Assembly: GCA_902576605.1 (NCBI GenBank)
Contig: CACGVI010000003.1
Location: forward strand, 919-64,918
DNA length: 64,000 bases
Direction of reading: 5' to 3'
Source: an uncultured Candidatus Actinomarina sp.
GTDB lineage: Bacteria; Actinomycetota; Acidimicrobiia; Actinomarinales; Actinomarinaceae
This document shows, piece after piece, positions 35,514 to 44,923 of the stretch. The position numbers and the translations under genes were made by a program. Under the pieces are notes generated by a model. The model was not told the DNA's origin and did no database searches. It saw nothing but the letters and a program-made list of their open reading frames with translations. How positions within the stretch are numbered: the stretch's first letter is position 1; the number at the start of each line of letters is the position of its first letter.

Positions 35514-36959
35514 TTGATAGATTATTCTTATTCAGTGATGGGTAATTCAAAAATTGCCAGAGAAAACTTGGCGAAACAAATAAAAAATGGTGCTGTCATT
35601 TTACATAGTGGAAGGATTGTTTACAGAAACAATGACACTTGGTATCCATTTCGACAAGATTCAAATTTTTATTATTTAACAGAATGGCCTGAACCCGATG
35701 CTCATGCTGTAATCCTCATTAAAGACTCAAAACCCGAGTTGCACTTGTTTGTTCAAGATAGAAACGAGGAAATGGAGACATGGGAAGGGAAACGTTTAGG
35801 TCAGTCTGGAGCAGTTGATGAATATGAAGCTTTTAAAGCTTATTCATTTCAAGACTACGAAAAAATACTCCCGAACCTGCTTAGAGGTTTTAATGATATT
35901 TATTGTGATTACTCTTCAAATAATTTTGAAAAATACGATAAGGAAATTCTTACCTATGCAGTTCCGTATGATCAACGAGGTGCTGACTTCAGTAATGCGA
36001 CGCTATACTCACTGCAACCGCTAGTTTCAGAACTTAGATTAATTAAAAGTGATAGAGAGATTGAACTATTAACAAAAGCCTGTGACATAACTGTGGAGGG
36101 TCATATTTATGCAATGAAAACTGCAAATGCTGGAATGTACGAATACCAAGTTGGTGCAGAAATGGAAAGGATATTTCATGATAGAGGTGCGGAAAGATTA
36201 GGTTATCCCTCAATAGTTGCTGGTGGTCACAATGCTTGCATACTTCATTACTCAACAAATAGAGATCAGCTTAGTGATGGAAGCCTACTTTTAATTGATG
36301 CAGCAGCAGAGTATGGAATGTACTCTTCTGATGTAACTCGTACTTTTCCCGTATCTGGAAAATTTACATCACCCCAAAAAGATGTATATGAAGAAGTATT
36401 AAAGGTACAAAATGAGGGTGTAGAAGGAGTAGTTGTGGGCAACTCCATGAAAGAAGTACACCAACAAACTATAAAAACTCTATCTGAATCATTGGTTAAT
36501 TTAAAACTAGTTCCACTTGGCATAGAAGAGACAATCTCAATGATGCATTTTTTCGAATTCTTTATGCATGGTACTGGGCACTGGCTAGGGCTTGATGTAC
36601 ATGATGCTGGAAGTAATGAAGTTAATGGACAACCAAGAGTATTTGAGCATGGAATGGTAACAACTATAGAGCCAGGAATCTATGTAAGGCCAACGAAGCC
36701 CGTTATAGAATTCCCTTTACTTGAACGAGATCCAAATGAAATTAGAGAACGCAGAAAAATTATAGGGATGGAGAAAGCCACAAAATTAGAAAAACAAGAA
36801 ATCATGAATGCTAAAACAGTAAAACATGAGATCCCTAAAGATCTCTTGGGTATTGGTATAAGAATTGAAGACGATATAGTTTGCACAAACAACGGACCAA
36901 TTAACCTAACAGAGACTGCTCCAAAAACAATTGAAGAAATTGAAGCAGTTACAGCCTAA
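35514..36959 (+). CDS. Xaa-Pro aminopeptidase (M24B, PepP-like)
   Basis: N-terminal creatinase/AMP_N-like domain. M24 metal-ligand blocks LIDAAAEYGMYSSDVTRTF, HGTGHWLGLDVHD, TIEPGIY, GIRIEDD. Start is TTG 35514 or ATG 35538. Confidence 0.85.
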   Translation: MIDYSYSVMGNSKIARENLAKQIKNGAVILHSGRIVYRNNDTWYPFRQDSNFYYLTEWPEPDAHAVILIKDSKPELHLFVQDRNEEMETWEGKRLGQSGAVDEYEAFKAYSFQDYEKILPNLLRGFNDIYCDYSSNNFEKYDKEILTYAVPYDQRGADFSNATLYSLQPLVSELRLIKSDREIELLTKACDITVEGHIYAMKTANAGMYEYQVGAEMERIFHDRGAERLGYPSIVAGGHNACILHYSTNRDQLSDGSLLLIDAAAEYGMYSSDVTRTFPVSGKFTSPQKDVYEEVLKVQNEGVEGVVVGNSMKEVHQQTIKTLSESLVNLKLVPLGIEETISMMHFFEFFMHGTGHWLGLDVHDAGSNEVNGQPRVFEHGMVTTIEPGIYVRPTKPVIEFPLLERDPNEIRERRKIIGMEKATKLEKQEIMNAKTVKHEIPKDLLGIGIRIEDDIVCTNNGPINLTETAPKTIEEIEAVTA

Positions 36960-36962
36960 AAA

Positions 36963-37733
36963 ATGTCCTCTCCAAGATTAATTTACTCAATTTATGAAAA
37001 TCGTTTACGTAATAAATTAGTTAACGAAAGCTTACCTAAACACATCGGATTAATTCACGATGGCCATAGAAGGTACGCAAGGAAAGAAGGATTACTTAGT
37101 TTTGAAGTTTCATATAAAATCGGCATGACAAGACTTAAGGAGTGTATTGGGTGGTGTGATGAGGTAGGAATTGATTTCATCACTAGTTGGCTTCTATCAA
37201 GAGAAAACTTATCAAGACCACAAGATGAACTCGCACCATATTTCCAAGTGCTGAATGAACTCTTTGAGGAACTATTAATTGATGATGTAGTTGATAACTT
37301 TAGAATTGAATTTATTGGGTCCACAGACCTTTTACCGAATTTCTTACAAAGTACTATTAAACAGCTCAAAGAAGTTAGAGGTGGAGGACAAAAAACTTTA
37401 ACAATTGCTTTAGGTTATGGAGGTCGACAAGAAATTTTAGATGCTATTAAGGGATTGATTGACCAAAACAGACAAGATAACAATAATTTTGACGAATTGA
37501 TAGAGAATGTAACAGATGAGCAATTAAGAAAACACTTGTACTCTCCGGAAACTCCAGATATTGATTTAATTATTAGAACAAGTGGAGAGTCAAGGTTGTC
37601 AGGGTTTTTATTATGGCAAAGTGCTTATTCTGAGGTAATTTTTCAAGATGTTTACTGGCCTGAATTTAGAAAAATCGATTTTCTTCGTTGCTTGAGAGAA
37701 TACTCTCAAAGAGAACGTCGCTTCGGACAATAA
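36963..37733 (+). CDS. uppS: Cis-prenyltransferase (undecaprenyl/isoprenyl diphosphate synthase family)
   Basis: HIGLIHDGHRRYA (DGNRRWA-type motif), ENLSRP, IRTSGESRLSGFLLWQSAYSE, RERRFG. Confidence 0.85.
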   Translation: MSSPRLIYSIYENRLRNKLVNESLPKHIGLIHDGHRRYARKEGLLSFEVSYKIGMTRLKECIGWCDEVGIDFITSWLLSRENLSRPQDELAPYFQVLNELFEELLIDDVVDNFRIEFIGSTDLLPNFLQSTIKQLKEVRGGGQKTLTIALGYGGRQEILDAIKGLIDQNRQDNNNFDELIENVTDEQLRKHLYSPETPDIDLIIRTSGESRLSGFLLWQSAYSEVIFQDVYWPEFRKIDFLRCLREYSQRERRFGQ

Positions 37734-37760
37734 AAATATTTATGTTAAACTAATTCAACT

Positions 37761-39029
37761 ATGCAAGAATTCTTAGCTTCTACAAACTTCACAATTATTT
37801 TTATATCTCTGATAGCTGTCAAATTTTTGCTTGAGACATATTTGAAAATTAGAAATCTTAAATCTATTGAATTAAACAAAAACGTTATTCCTGAAAGGTT
37901 TGTTAGTGTAGTCACAGAGGAAGAGTACAAGAAATCAATAGACTACAATGTTGACCGAATCAGACTTCAAATCTTTACAGCTTTATTTGGCGCTGTAGTA
38001 TTAATAATTTTTACTTTGGGAGGATTATTTAATTTCCTTAGCGAAATAGTTGTCTCTACAACTTCATCAGATGTTTTCGGAGCAGTTTTACTAGGACTCT
38101 TACTGTTAATAGTTGAGCAAGTAATTTCAATTCCAATCTCTATATACTCAACATTTGTTATAGAGGAAAGACACGGCTTTAACAAAACAACAACAAAAAC
38201 TTTTGTGACAGATATGTTTAAAAGTTTGTTAATTTCTGCAACTATCTCATCAGTTATTTACGCAACTGTAATTTATATAGTCGTAAATCTAGGTGACAAC
38301 TGGTGGGTATATGCATTTGGTGCTGTCTTCATCCTTCAAGCAATTATATTCTTTCTCTATCCAGTATTAATAATGCCGCTATTCAATAAGTTTGAACCGC
38401 TTGATAATGAAGAATTTAAAAAACCTATAGAAAAATTATTAAAAAAAGTCGATTTTAAATCAAAAGGCTTGTTTGTTATGAATGCAAGCCTTAGAAGCAC
38501 TCATGGAAATGCTTTTTTTACTGGATTTGGAAAGAATAAAAGAATTGTATTTTTTGACACACTCTTAAAAACAATCACTCCAGATGAAATGGAGGCAATT
38601 CTTGGTCATGAATTAGGACATTACAAACTAGGTCACATAAGGAAGACACTTATTGGTTCATTAGTGTTTGGCTTTATTGGTTTTTACATTTTAAGTGAAG
38701 TACTTAAAAGTGATAACTTCTTTCTTGATCACGGACTGGAATCTTTAACTGTATATTCTAAGTTTTTACTATTTTATTTAGTTGCTGGTTCATATACGTT
38801 CTTTACGAAACCGTTCACTTCAGCACTTTCTAGAAAAAGAGAATTTGAAGCTGATGATTTTTCATTTCAATTTACTGATGGAGAGTACATGATCTCAGGT
38901 TTGTTGAAGCTGAGCAAAGACAATGCTTCTAATTTAACCCCAGACCCTTTGTATAGCTCTTATTACTATTCACATCCTCCAATTGCTGAAAGGGTCGCTA
39001 GTATAGAAAATAAGTTAAAAAATAATTAA
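37761..39029 (+). CDS. M48-family zinc metalloprotease (Ste24/HtpX-like)
   Basis: Multi-TM N-terminal half. Contains HELGHYKLGH (HEXXH) and a downstream EFEAD glutamate. Confidence 0.85.
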   Translation: MQEFLASTNFTIIFISLIAVKFLLETYLKIRNLKSIELNKNVIPERFVSVVTEEEYKKSIDYNVDRIRLQIFTALFGAVVLIIFTLGGLFNFLSEIVVSTTSSDVFGAVLLGLLLLIVEQVISIPISIYSTFVIEERHGFNKTTTKTFVTDMFKSLLISATISSVIYATVIYIVVNLGDNWWVYAFGAVFILQAIIFFLYPVLIMPLFNKFEPLDNEEFKKPIEKLLKKVDFKSKGLFVMNASLRSTHGNAFFTGFGKNKRIVFFDTLLKTITPDEMEAILGHELGHYKLGHIRKTLIGSLVFGFIGFYILSEVLKSDNFFLDHGLESLTVYSKFLLFYLVAGSYTFFTKPFTSALSRKREFEADDFSFQFTDGEYMISGLLKLSKDNASNLTPDPLYSSYYYSHPPIAERVASIENKLKNN

Positions 39030-39032
39030 AAC

Positions 39033-39353
39033 ATGAGTACTGCAGACGAAATTAAAAAATTAAATGAGCTACTAAAGGACAGGGTCATATCTCAAGAAGA
39101 GTTTGATTCTCAAAAAGAAAAGCTACTTAATAGTAGTTCACCAGTAAGCGATTCTCAATGGGTTGTCACACTACTTTTAGCTTTTCTTCTAGGTGTTATT
39201 GGTGCACACAGGTTTTATGTGGGCAAAACAGGAACTGGAATATTAATGCTTTTAACACTTGGTGGTTTAGGAATATGGGTACTAATAGATCTAATTCTTA
39301 TTGTAACTGGACAATTTACTAATAAAGACGGAGAGAAAATAGCAAGAATTTAG
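39033..39353 (+). CDS. TM2-domain membrane protein with an N-terminal SHOCT-like segment
   Basis: ISQEEFDSQKEKLL (SHOCT-like), then GVIGAHRFYVGKTGTGILMLLTLGGLGIWVLIDLI, the TM2 domain signature. Confidence 0.75.
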   Translation: MSTADEIKKLNELLKDRVISQEEFDSQKEKLLNSSSPVSDSQWVVTLLLAFLLGVIGAHRFYVGKTGTGILMLLTLGGLGIWVLIDLILIVTGQFTNKDGEKIARI

Positions 39354-41776
39354 CCATCTAAGCTTATCCAGTAGACTCCACCAGCTCTTGTTCCTGCATA
39401 CAAAATTCTTTTTTCAGTGTTCAGTTCTAAAGAAAATACTCCAGGATGTAGCAACCCCATATTAAAGTCTTCCCATGTTGCTCCACCATTGGTACTTTTG
39501 TAAACTCCAAAATCTCCCAAAGCTCCCCTTTCTCCTGCAAGTCTAAAATAATCTACTGTTGCTAAATAAACTACATTGCTATCTTCGGGATCTACAACTA
39601 TATCACCCACTCCAAAAGGTTCTGATATTTGGGATACATTTAATTGCATCCACTTCTCGCCCCCATTAGTGCTTTTATAGATACCATCATCATCGGTACC
39701 TAAGTAAAGTGTGTTTGAATTATTAGGATCAACAACTAAAACATTTGTTTCTAGAGTTTTTAAACCATTATTTATCTGTTCCCAGCTTGAACCTCTGTCT
39801 ATACTTTTGAAAACTCCTGCACCATCACCTATCTTATCCGTGTAGTCTGTCTGACCTTGAGTAGTAGCATAGAAAACATCACTGTTATTTGGATCGATAA
39901 TTAACTTGCTTACGTGTACATCTCGAGTAAAACCATCATCTGAACTTCTCCATGATTCACCTAAGTTTTCTGAACCTGTGATACCCACACCTCTTTTTGA
40001 TGATTGATCACCTCCACTACCCACTAATACTTTGTAAGGGCTTTCTGTCTCAACTACTATTCCGTGATAATGGCAGTTTCCACCTCCTGGTTCTGGATCA
40101 TCACAAAGTTCAGATCCACCTATAATCTTCCAAGACATTCCAGCATCTTCAGATTTGTACACACCACCACCGAATGTTGCAAATACAATATTTGGATCAA
40201 CAGGATGAGGAGCTAACTGCATTCCGTACCAATTTTTGATTCCAAAAGATGCAAAACCCCAGTTTTTACCGTCATCAATGCTTTTAAATATTCCAATATT
40301 GTAAGTTGTTGCATACATTGTTCCATCAGCAGCTGTTGCTATATCAACAACTTCAGAACCAACAAATCCAGTATTAGTCTCAATCCAATTAATTCCTTCA
40401 TCGTATGTTCTGTATACCCCTTGAAGCCCAGCCATAATTACTTCTGTACTGTTTTCACCTGTCATTATTATTTCAACACCTACATCGGGAATTATTGGGT
40501 GCTCGCTTGTGCTTAAAAATTCTTCAGACGAATCACCCCCATCTTTGCTTATAAACGTAACTCTTGAAAAGATAGAATAAACTACATTTTCTCTGAAATC
40601 ATCAACATAAACACCACCTTCAGAAGGGTCTCCACTTACTCCATCTAGTAAAACCCAACTATTTCCTCCATCAACACTTCTGTAAATTCCAGCACAATAT
40701 CTAGCAACATCTTCTTCATAATCTGGATCTCCATCTTCTAAATTAAAACAGTCAGCAAAAGTATATTTCCCAACTCTTACAAAAATTATGTCTGAGTTCT
40801 CTGGGTGAATAGCAATACCATTGACATCGGATCTATGAAAAGATTCACTTACTATTTTCCAAGTTTCTCCCGAGTCCTCAGTTTTTGCTACTAGGTTGTC
40901 AGTTCCAACAAAAATTATGCTTGGGTTTTGTGGATCGACATATACAGTTTCGATTCTATCAATTTCCTCTTCATCAAGCTCTTGTCCTTCTTCTAGCTCA
41001 ATTTCTTCAAACACCCCTTTTGGCACGGGATTAGTTCTTGTCCACTGATCTCCCCAATCAGGAGAAATATAAACAGCTGAGTTTTCTATTGGAGAACAAT
41101 CTCCATTTTCATCATCTTCACAGTCTTCTCCAAATGGCAAATATCTACCTGCTACATATAGAAAATCCATAGTTTTATCTATAGCAATTCCTGTATATTC
41201 AACCACACCAGACTCAAAATTTCCTATGGGATTTGTTTCTTTCCATGTGAGGCCTTTGTCGAGTGATATAAATAATTTTGAGTCTGATGTGTTTGATGCT
41301 TCTGTAATGAAAGCAACTCCATCTGGATTATGTTTACCAACAACAACTCCGGCCATATTTCCACCTATAGTTTTTTTCAATTCCCAAGTAAAAGTTTCTT
41401 TGTCAATAAAATATAAGTTACTATCGGCAAACCCAGAGTTATCTGTTGTAGTTGCCCAGTATCCATCCACAGTTTTAAATAAGCTTGTTACGGTTCCGCC
41501 AAATGGTCCATTTACTTGATTCCATTTAGAAGAACTTAGTGCTGGATCTGGTAAATCTGGTAATTCAGGAGGTATAAATTCTACAATTTCTGCATCATTA
41601 TTTTCCTCTTCACCGCTTTCTTCATTCGCATCATTATTTTCTTCCTCAAAATCCACATCTTCTTCATCAGAAGATACCTCAACTAATGTAGGGCCAGAGG
41701 AATCATTGCTTGAACAGGCGGAAATAACTAAAAAAAATAAAATTAGTATGATTAATTTGTTACTATTTTTTATCAT
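39350..41776 (-). CDS. Large secreted lipoprotein with about 12 BNR/Asp-box repeats (tandem beta-propeller, sialidase/Vps10/xyloglucanase-like fold)
   Basis: Lipobox VISAC, then an acidic linker (EEDVDFEEENNDANEESGEEENNDAE). Repeated SxDxGxxW boxes: SLDKGLTW, SPDWGDQW, TEDSGETW, SVDGGNSW, TYDEGINW, SIDDGKNW, SEDAGMSW, SENLGESW, SIDRGSSW, STNGGEKW, STNGGATW. Confidence 0.7.
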   Translation of the reverse strand: MIKNSNKLIILILFFLVISACSSNDSSGPTLVEVSSDEEDVDFEEENNDANEESGEEENNDAEIVEFIPPELPDLPDPALSSSKWNQVNGPFGGTVTSLFKTVDGYWATTTDNSGFADSNLYFIDKETFTWELKKTIGGNMAGVVVGKHNPDGVAFITEASNTSDSKLFISLDKGLTWKETNPIGNFESGVVEYTGIAIDKTMDFLYVAGRYLPFGEDCEDDENGDCSPIENSAVYISPDWGDQWTRTNPVPKGVFEEIELEEGQELDEEEIDRIETVYVDPQNPSIIFVGTDNLVAKTEDSGETWKIVSESFHRSDVNGIAIHPENSDIIFVRVGKYTFADCFNLEDGDPDYEEDVARYCAGIYRSVDGGNSWVLLDGVSGDPSEGGVYVDDFRENVVYSIFSRVTFISKDGGDSSEEFLSTSEHPIIPDVGVEIIMTGENSTEVIMAGLQGVYRTYDEGINWIETNTGFVGSEVVDIATAADGTMYATTYNIGIFKSIDDGKNWGFASFGIKNWYGMQLAPHPVDPNIVFATFGGGVYKSEDAGMSWKIIGGSELCDDPEPGGGNCHYHGIVVETESPYKVLVGSGGDQSSKRGVGITGSENLGESWRSSDDGFTRDVHVSKLIIDPNNSDVFYATTQGQTDYTDKIGDGAGVFKSIDRGSSWEQINNGLKTLETNVLVVDPNNSNTLYLGTDDDGIYKSTNGGEKWMQLNVSQISEPFGVGDIVVDPEDSNVVYLATVDYFRLAGERGALGDFGVYKSTNGGATWEDFNMGLLHPGVFSLELNTEKRILYAGTRAGGVYWISLDG

Positions 41777-41820
41777 TAACCAGGATGTTAGCCTTAAAAA
41801 ATATACGTTGCCTGTATATT

Positions 41821-43056
41821 TTATGGAACACTAAGCACAAATAAAGCCTGAAGAGTTAACGCAACTGTTATAAATAAGAAAATATATTGAGTTTTATCAC
41901 TTTGTTGATGGCCAAAGATTTTCACTGCTAAATCATGAGCTAATACAACACTTATCATATGCCCAGCAAGTGTCACGATTACCATAATTGTCCAAAGCAC
42001 AATAGGTTCTAAAAAGTAGTCAACTGTAGCATTCTGTATATTAAAAAGATTCCATCCAAAACCAAACGGATCGTTAAGCCTAAATAAGACTGTTTGTGAT
42101 TCAAATAAAAGTAGTCCTAGGTAATGAGTGACATGATATGCAAAAGCAATCGGAAGCATTGTGTGTCCAAACTTAAGCGATATTTCATTTAACTCAATAT
42201 TTTCTCCACTTACTCTTATAGCAAAATAACAAGCAAACCTATAAAAAACAATAACAATTAAATTCATTGAGAGAAAAGCAACAGTTGAAAAAAATGTTTC
42301 ATAAGTTCTTGAACCAAAAAGATTAAACCAAAAGGTTGTTTCTCTAAGTCCATCATAAGTGACTGTACCAATCATAAGAAGTATGAAATACTCCATGCCT
42401 TTTAATTGTGCAAGGTTCGACAAATTGTTTAGGAGAGTTTTAAAAACAGGAGCTTTATTTGTTACTCTCATTTTGCTGTAGAGATGATGCAACAGTAGCA
42501 AAGGATCGACTTCAATAATAGTTTTTTTAGAATACTTCTGCAGTGCTGATACGGATAAAAATAAAATTAAGAAAACGATACCTATATGTCTCGGGTTTCC
42601 TGGCTTACTCCAAACAAGCTCAAACCAGGTCAAACAAACAAACAAGAAACCGGCAAGGTAGACATTTTTAGGCTTACCTTCTCTATTAACTAAAATTGAA
42701 AGAGGATTAAATTTTGCATACAAATCTCCAAAAAGTAAGCCAAGAATTGGCACTCCAATCCACAAAAACACCCACAAAACCAAGGGAGTTATAGAGACTG
42801 TTGCTGATTCGTTATTTATTAAACCAGGAACAGTAAGTAAGCTGAGTATAAACAAGCCAAACAATCTTCCACTTGGTGACTGTTTGGTGGGAAAAAGGGT
42901 TTCTTTTGAGGTTAGAATTGATTCTTTCCATGAAACTTTTAAAAACACAAAAGTAAGAACAATAGTTAGAACCGCTGCGTTTAGCACTATGTTAAAAGGT
43001 ATGGGTAAATCACCTACATTTATAATTCCGTGATACAAAATACCTTGATATTTCAT
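41821..43056 (-). CDS. Polytopic membrane protein, unknown function (conserved intramembrane His pairs)
   Basis: 411 aa with about 11 TM segments. His-containing helices (FAYHVTHYLG, AGHMISVVLAHD). No family recognised. Confidence 0.5.
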   Translation of the reverse strand: MKYQGILYHGIINVGDLPIPFNIVLNAAVLTIVLTFVFLKVSWKESILTSKETLFPTKQSPSGRLFGLFILSLLTVPGLINNESATVSITPLVLWVFLWIGVPILGLLFGDLYAKFNPLSILVNREGKPKNVYLAGFLFVCLTWFELVWSKPGNPRHIGIVFLILFLSVSALQKYSKKTIIEVDPLLLLHHLYSKMRVTNKAPVFKTLLNNLSNLAQLKGMEYFILLMIGTVTYDGLRETTFWFNLFGSRTYETFFSTVAFLSMNLIVIVFYRFACYFAIRVSGENIELNEISLKFGHTMLPIAFAYHVTHYLGLLLFESQTVLFRLNDPFGFGWNLFNIQNATVDYFLEPIVLWTIMVIVTLAGHMISVVLAHDLAVKIFGHQQSDKTQYIFLFITVALTLQALFVLSVP

Positions 43057-43121
43057 TTAATAGCCTTTTTAAAAGTCTGTCTGTATTGTAAAGTTAGAGT
43101 AGATATAAACGGGGAATTTTT

Positions 43122-43301
43122 ATGTGCTTTGTTTGCAACCTAACAGAGAATGATATTGTTGAAACTGCTTTAGCAGTTCAGAGCACTGTTGATGGTGAAT
43201 ACATGACAATTCCACTAAGAACAACAGCGGAACAGATACACTCGTTCGAAATAATACAGTCGATGTTGTTGAATGCTAATTTAATCGCATTAATTTTTTA
43301 A
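43122..43301 (+). CDS. Candidate 59 aa ORF, unknown function
   Basis: Read by hand: MCFVCNLTENDIVETALAVQ...LIALIF*. GGGGA lies 6 nt upstream of the ATG. The 3' end overlaps the convergent zur stop by 4 nt. It is just below the ORF-track cutoff. Confidence 0.25.
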   Translation: MCFVCNLTENDIVETALAVQSTVDGEYMTIPLRTTAEQIHSFEIIQSMLLNANLIALIF

Positions 43302-43741
43302 CTTTTTTTACAGTTTGCACATTCGTCAGTACATAACCCAAACATTTCAACCCTATGGTCTGTAATTTCAAAGTTAAATTTTTTCTGAACTTTTTGTATT
43401 TCTTTTGTGAGCATTATTTCAAACTCCTCGCTAAGTTCAACATCAATAACTTCTCCACAATCACTACAAAAAAGATGATGATGGTGGGAGTGGTCTTCAA
43501 GGATAAGTTCAACAACAGTTGAATTATCAGGTGAAGTAAATTCGTTTAAGATATTAATTTTTTTAAGATCATTCAACACCCTATATAAAGTTGACTTTGC
43601 AACACTACCTCCGAGCTTCAATTGAAGTTCATCAATAGTAATAGGATTACCAAAATCTAAAAGGGCCTCCAGAACAAGAATTCTTGGGTTGGTTATGGAG
43701 ACACTGTGTTCTGATAATATTTTTCTTGAGCTCTGGGACAT
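43298..43741 (-). CDS. zur: Fur-family metalloregulator, probably Zur
   Basis: Winged-helix N-terminus. HSHHHHLFCSDCG ... C-x3-C-x2-C metal sites. Divergent from a znuACB-type operon with palindromic operators between them. Confidence 0.8.
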   Translation of the reverse strand: MSQSSRKILSEHSVSITNPRILVLEALLDFGNPITIDELQLKLGGSVAKSTLYRVLNDLKKINILNEFTSPDNSTVVELILEDHSHHHHLFCSDCGEVIDVELSEEFEIMLTKEIQKVQKKFNFEITDHRVEMFGLCTDECANCKKS

Positions 43742-43771
43742 GTTTTTAATTATACTTTCAAATTTTTAAAA

Positions 43772-43792
43772 AAATGAGATAAATTCTCATTT
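43772..43792. promoter_or_regulatory. Candidate Zur box 1 (AAATGAGA-N5-TCTCATTT)
   Basis: Perfect 8-bp inverted arms AAATGAGAtaaatTCTCATTT, 31 bp upstream of the zur ATG. Confidence 0.6.
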
Positions 43793-43809
43793 ATGCTTGA
43801 CAATCTAAT

Positions 43810-43830
43810 AAATGAGACTTATTCTCATTT
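43810..43830. promoter_or_regulatory. Candidate Zur box 2 (AAATGAGA-N5-TCTCATTT) overlapping the znuA promoter
   Basis: A second copy with identical arms, AAATGAGActtatTCTCATTT. It lies between TTGACA (43797-43802) and covers a TATTCT -10 candidate (43820-43825). GAAGGAG and the TTG start of znuA follow. Confidence 0.6.
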
Positions 43831-43853
43831 ATTGTTATTAGAAGGAGACTTAA

Positions 43854-44879
43854 TTGAAAAACAATAAGTTATTTAAATTTGGCGTGATTGCACTTTCAAT
43901 AGTGCTTGTTGCTTGCGCCGGAGGTAGTTCAGATGAAGCTGGCTGTCCGGTAATAGAAGATAGAAAAATTAATGTTGTAGCAACGACTCCTATGATTGGT
44001 GAATTTGTTAGCCAAGTAGGTGGTGACAATATAAACCTTACTGTCATTATGCCACCTGAAGCAGATCCACACACTTATGAACCAGCCCCTCAGGATGCTG
44101 GAACTATTGCGGATGCTGATTTAGTTTTTTACACAGGGTTGAAATATGAACCGGCAGCAGTTATTAAATTGCTTGAAAGCTCAGCATGTAGTACAGATGT
44201 TTTAGCTGAAGTTGGTGAAAACGTATATCCTATTGAATTTAAAGAAGGTGGACATGACGACCATGGAGATCATGGTGAAGAAGGTCACGATGATCATGAT
44301 GACGAAGAAGGCCATGATGATCATGACGGACATGAAGGGCACGGCCACGGAGCATACGATCCACACTTCTGGTTTGACCCAAATAGAGTTGCATATGGAG
44401 CTGAATATATTGAAGGCAAATTAGTAGAATTTGATCCAAGCAATGCTGCAAGCTATGAGTCAGCTGGAAGTGCTTATACAGATGAGTTAAAAAGTCTAAT
44501 AGGTCAGGTATCTGACTTAATATCTACAGTTCCGTCTCAAAACAGGAAGCTTATAACAACTCACGAATCGTTGGGATATTTAGAAGCTAAATTTGGACTT
44601 CAGGTGTTATCAACAATAATTCCAAGTCTTGATTCAGCTAATGAAATATCTCCTTCACAACTTGTTGATGTAATTGATGTAATTGAAGACAATAGTGTGA
44701 AAGTTATCTTCATTGAAGCAGAGGCACCTTCTGTGTATGCGGAAACAATTGTTGCAGAAACTGGGATAAAAGCAGTAGAAGGATTATGGGTTGAAACCTT
44801 AAAAGAAGGTCAATCCTACCCTGAGTTTTTATTAGATGCTGTTAAATTAATTGTGGAGAACCTAAGAAATACTGACTAG
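43854..44879 (+). CDS. znuA: Zinc ABC transporter substrate-binding lipoprotein (ZnuA-like, cluster A-I) with a His/Asp/Glu-rich loop
   Basis: Lipobox LVAC. Metal-ligand blocks DPHTYEP and DPHFWFDP. A 33-residue loop HDDHGDHGEEGHDDHDDEEGHDDHDGHEGHGHG (nt about 44253-44351) is typical of zinc-specific ZnuA. Confidence 0.85.
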   Translation: MKNNKLFKFGVIALSIVLVACAGGSSDEAGCPVIEDRKINVVATTPMIGEFVSQVGGDNINLTVIMPPEADPHTYEPAPQDAGTIADADLVFYTGLKYEPAAVIKLLESSACSTDVLAEVGENVYPIEFKEGGHDDHGDHGEEGHDDHDDEEGHDDHDGHEGHGHGAYDPHFWFDPNRVAYGAEYIEGKLVEFDPSNAASYESAGSAYTDELKSLIGQVSDLISTVPSQNRKLITTHESLGYLEAKFGLQVLSTIIPSLDSANEISPSQLVDVIDVIEDNSVKVIFIEAEAPSVYAETIVAETGIKAVEGLWVETLKEGQSYPEFLLDAVKLIVENLRNTD

Positions 44880-44923
44880 GTTGATTATAGATAACTTTCG
44901 ATGGCTTTAAGAGAGGTATCTAC

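Noticed and set aside
43122-43301. Possible Bfd-like [2Fe-2S] mini-protein, because of the N-terminal MCFVCNLTENDI
   Set aside because: Only one Cys pair is present and the second C-x-x-C pair of Bfd domains is missing. I keep it as a low-confidence anonymous ORF and do not make the Bfd call.
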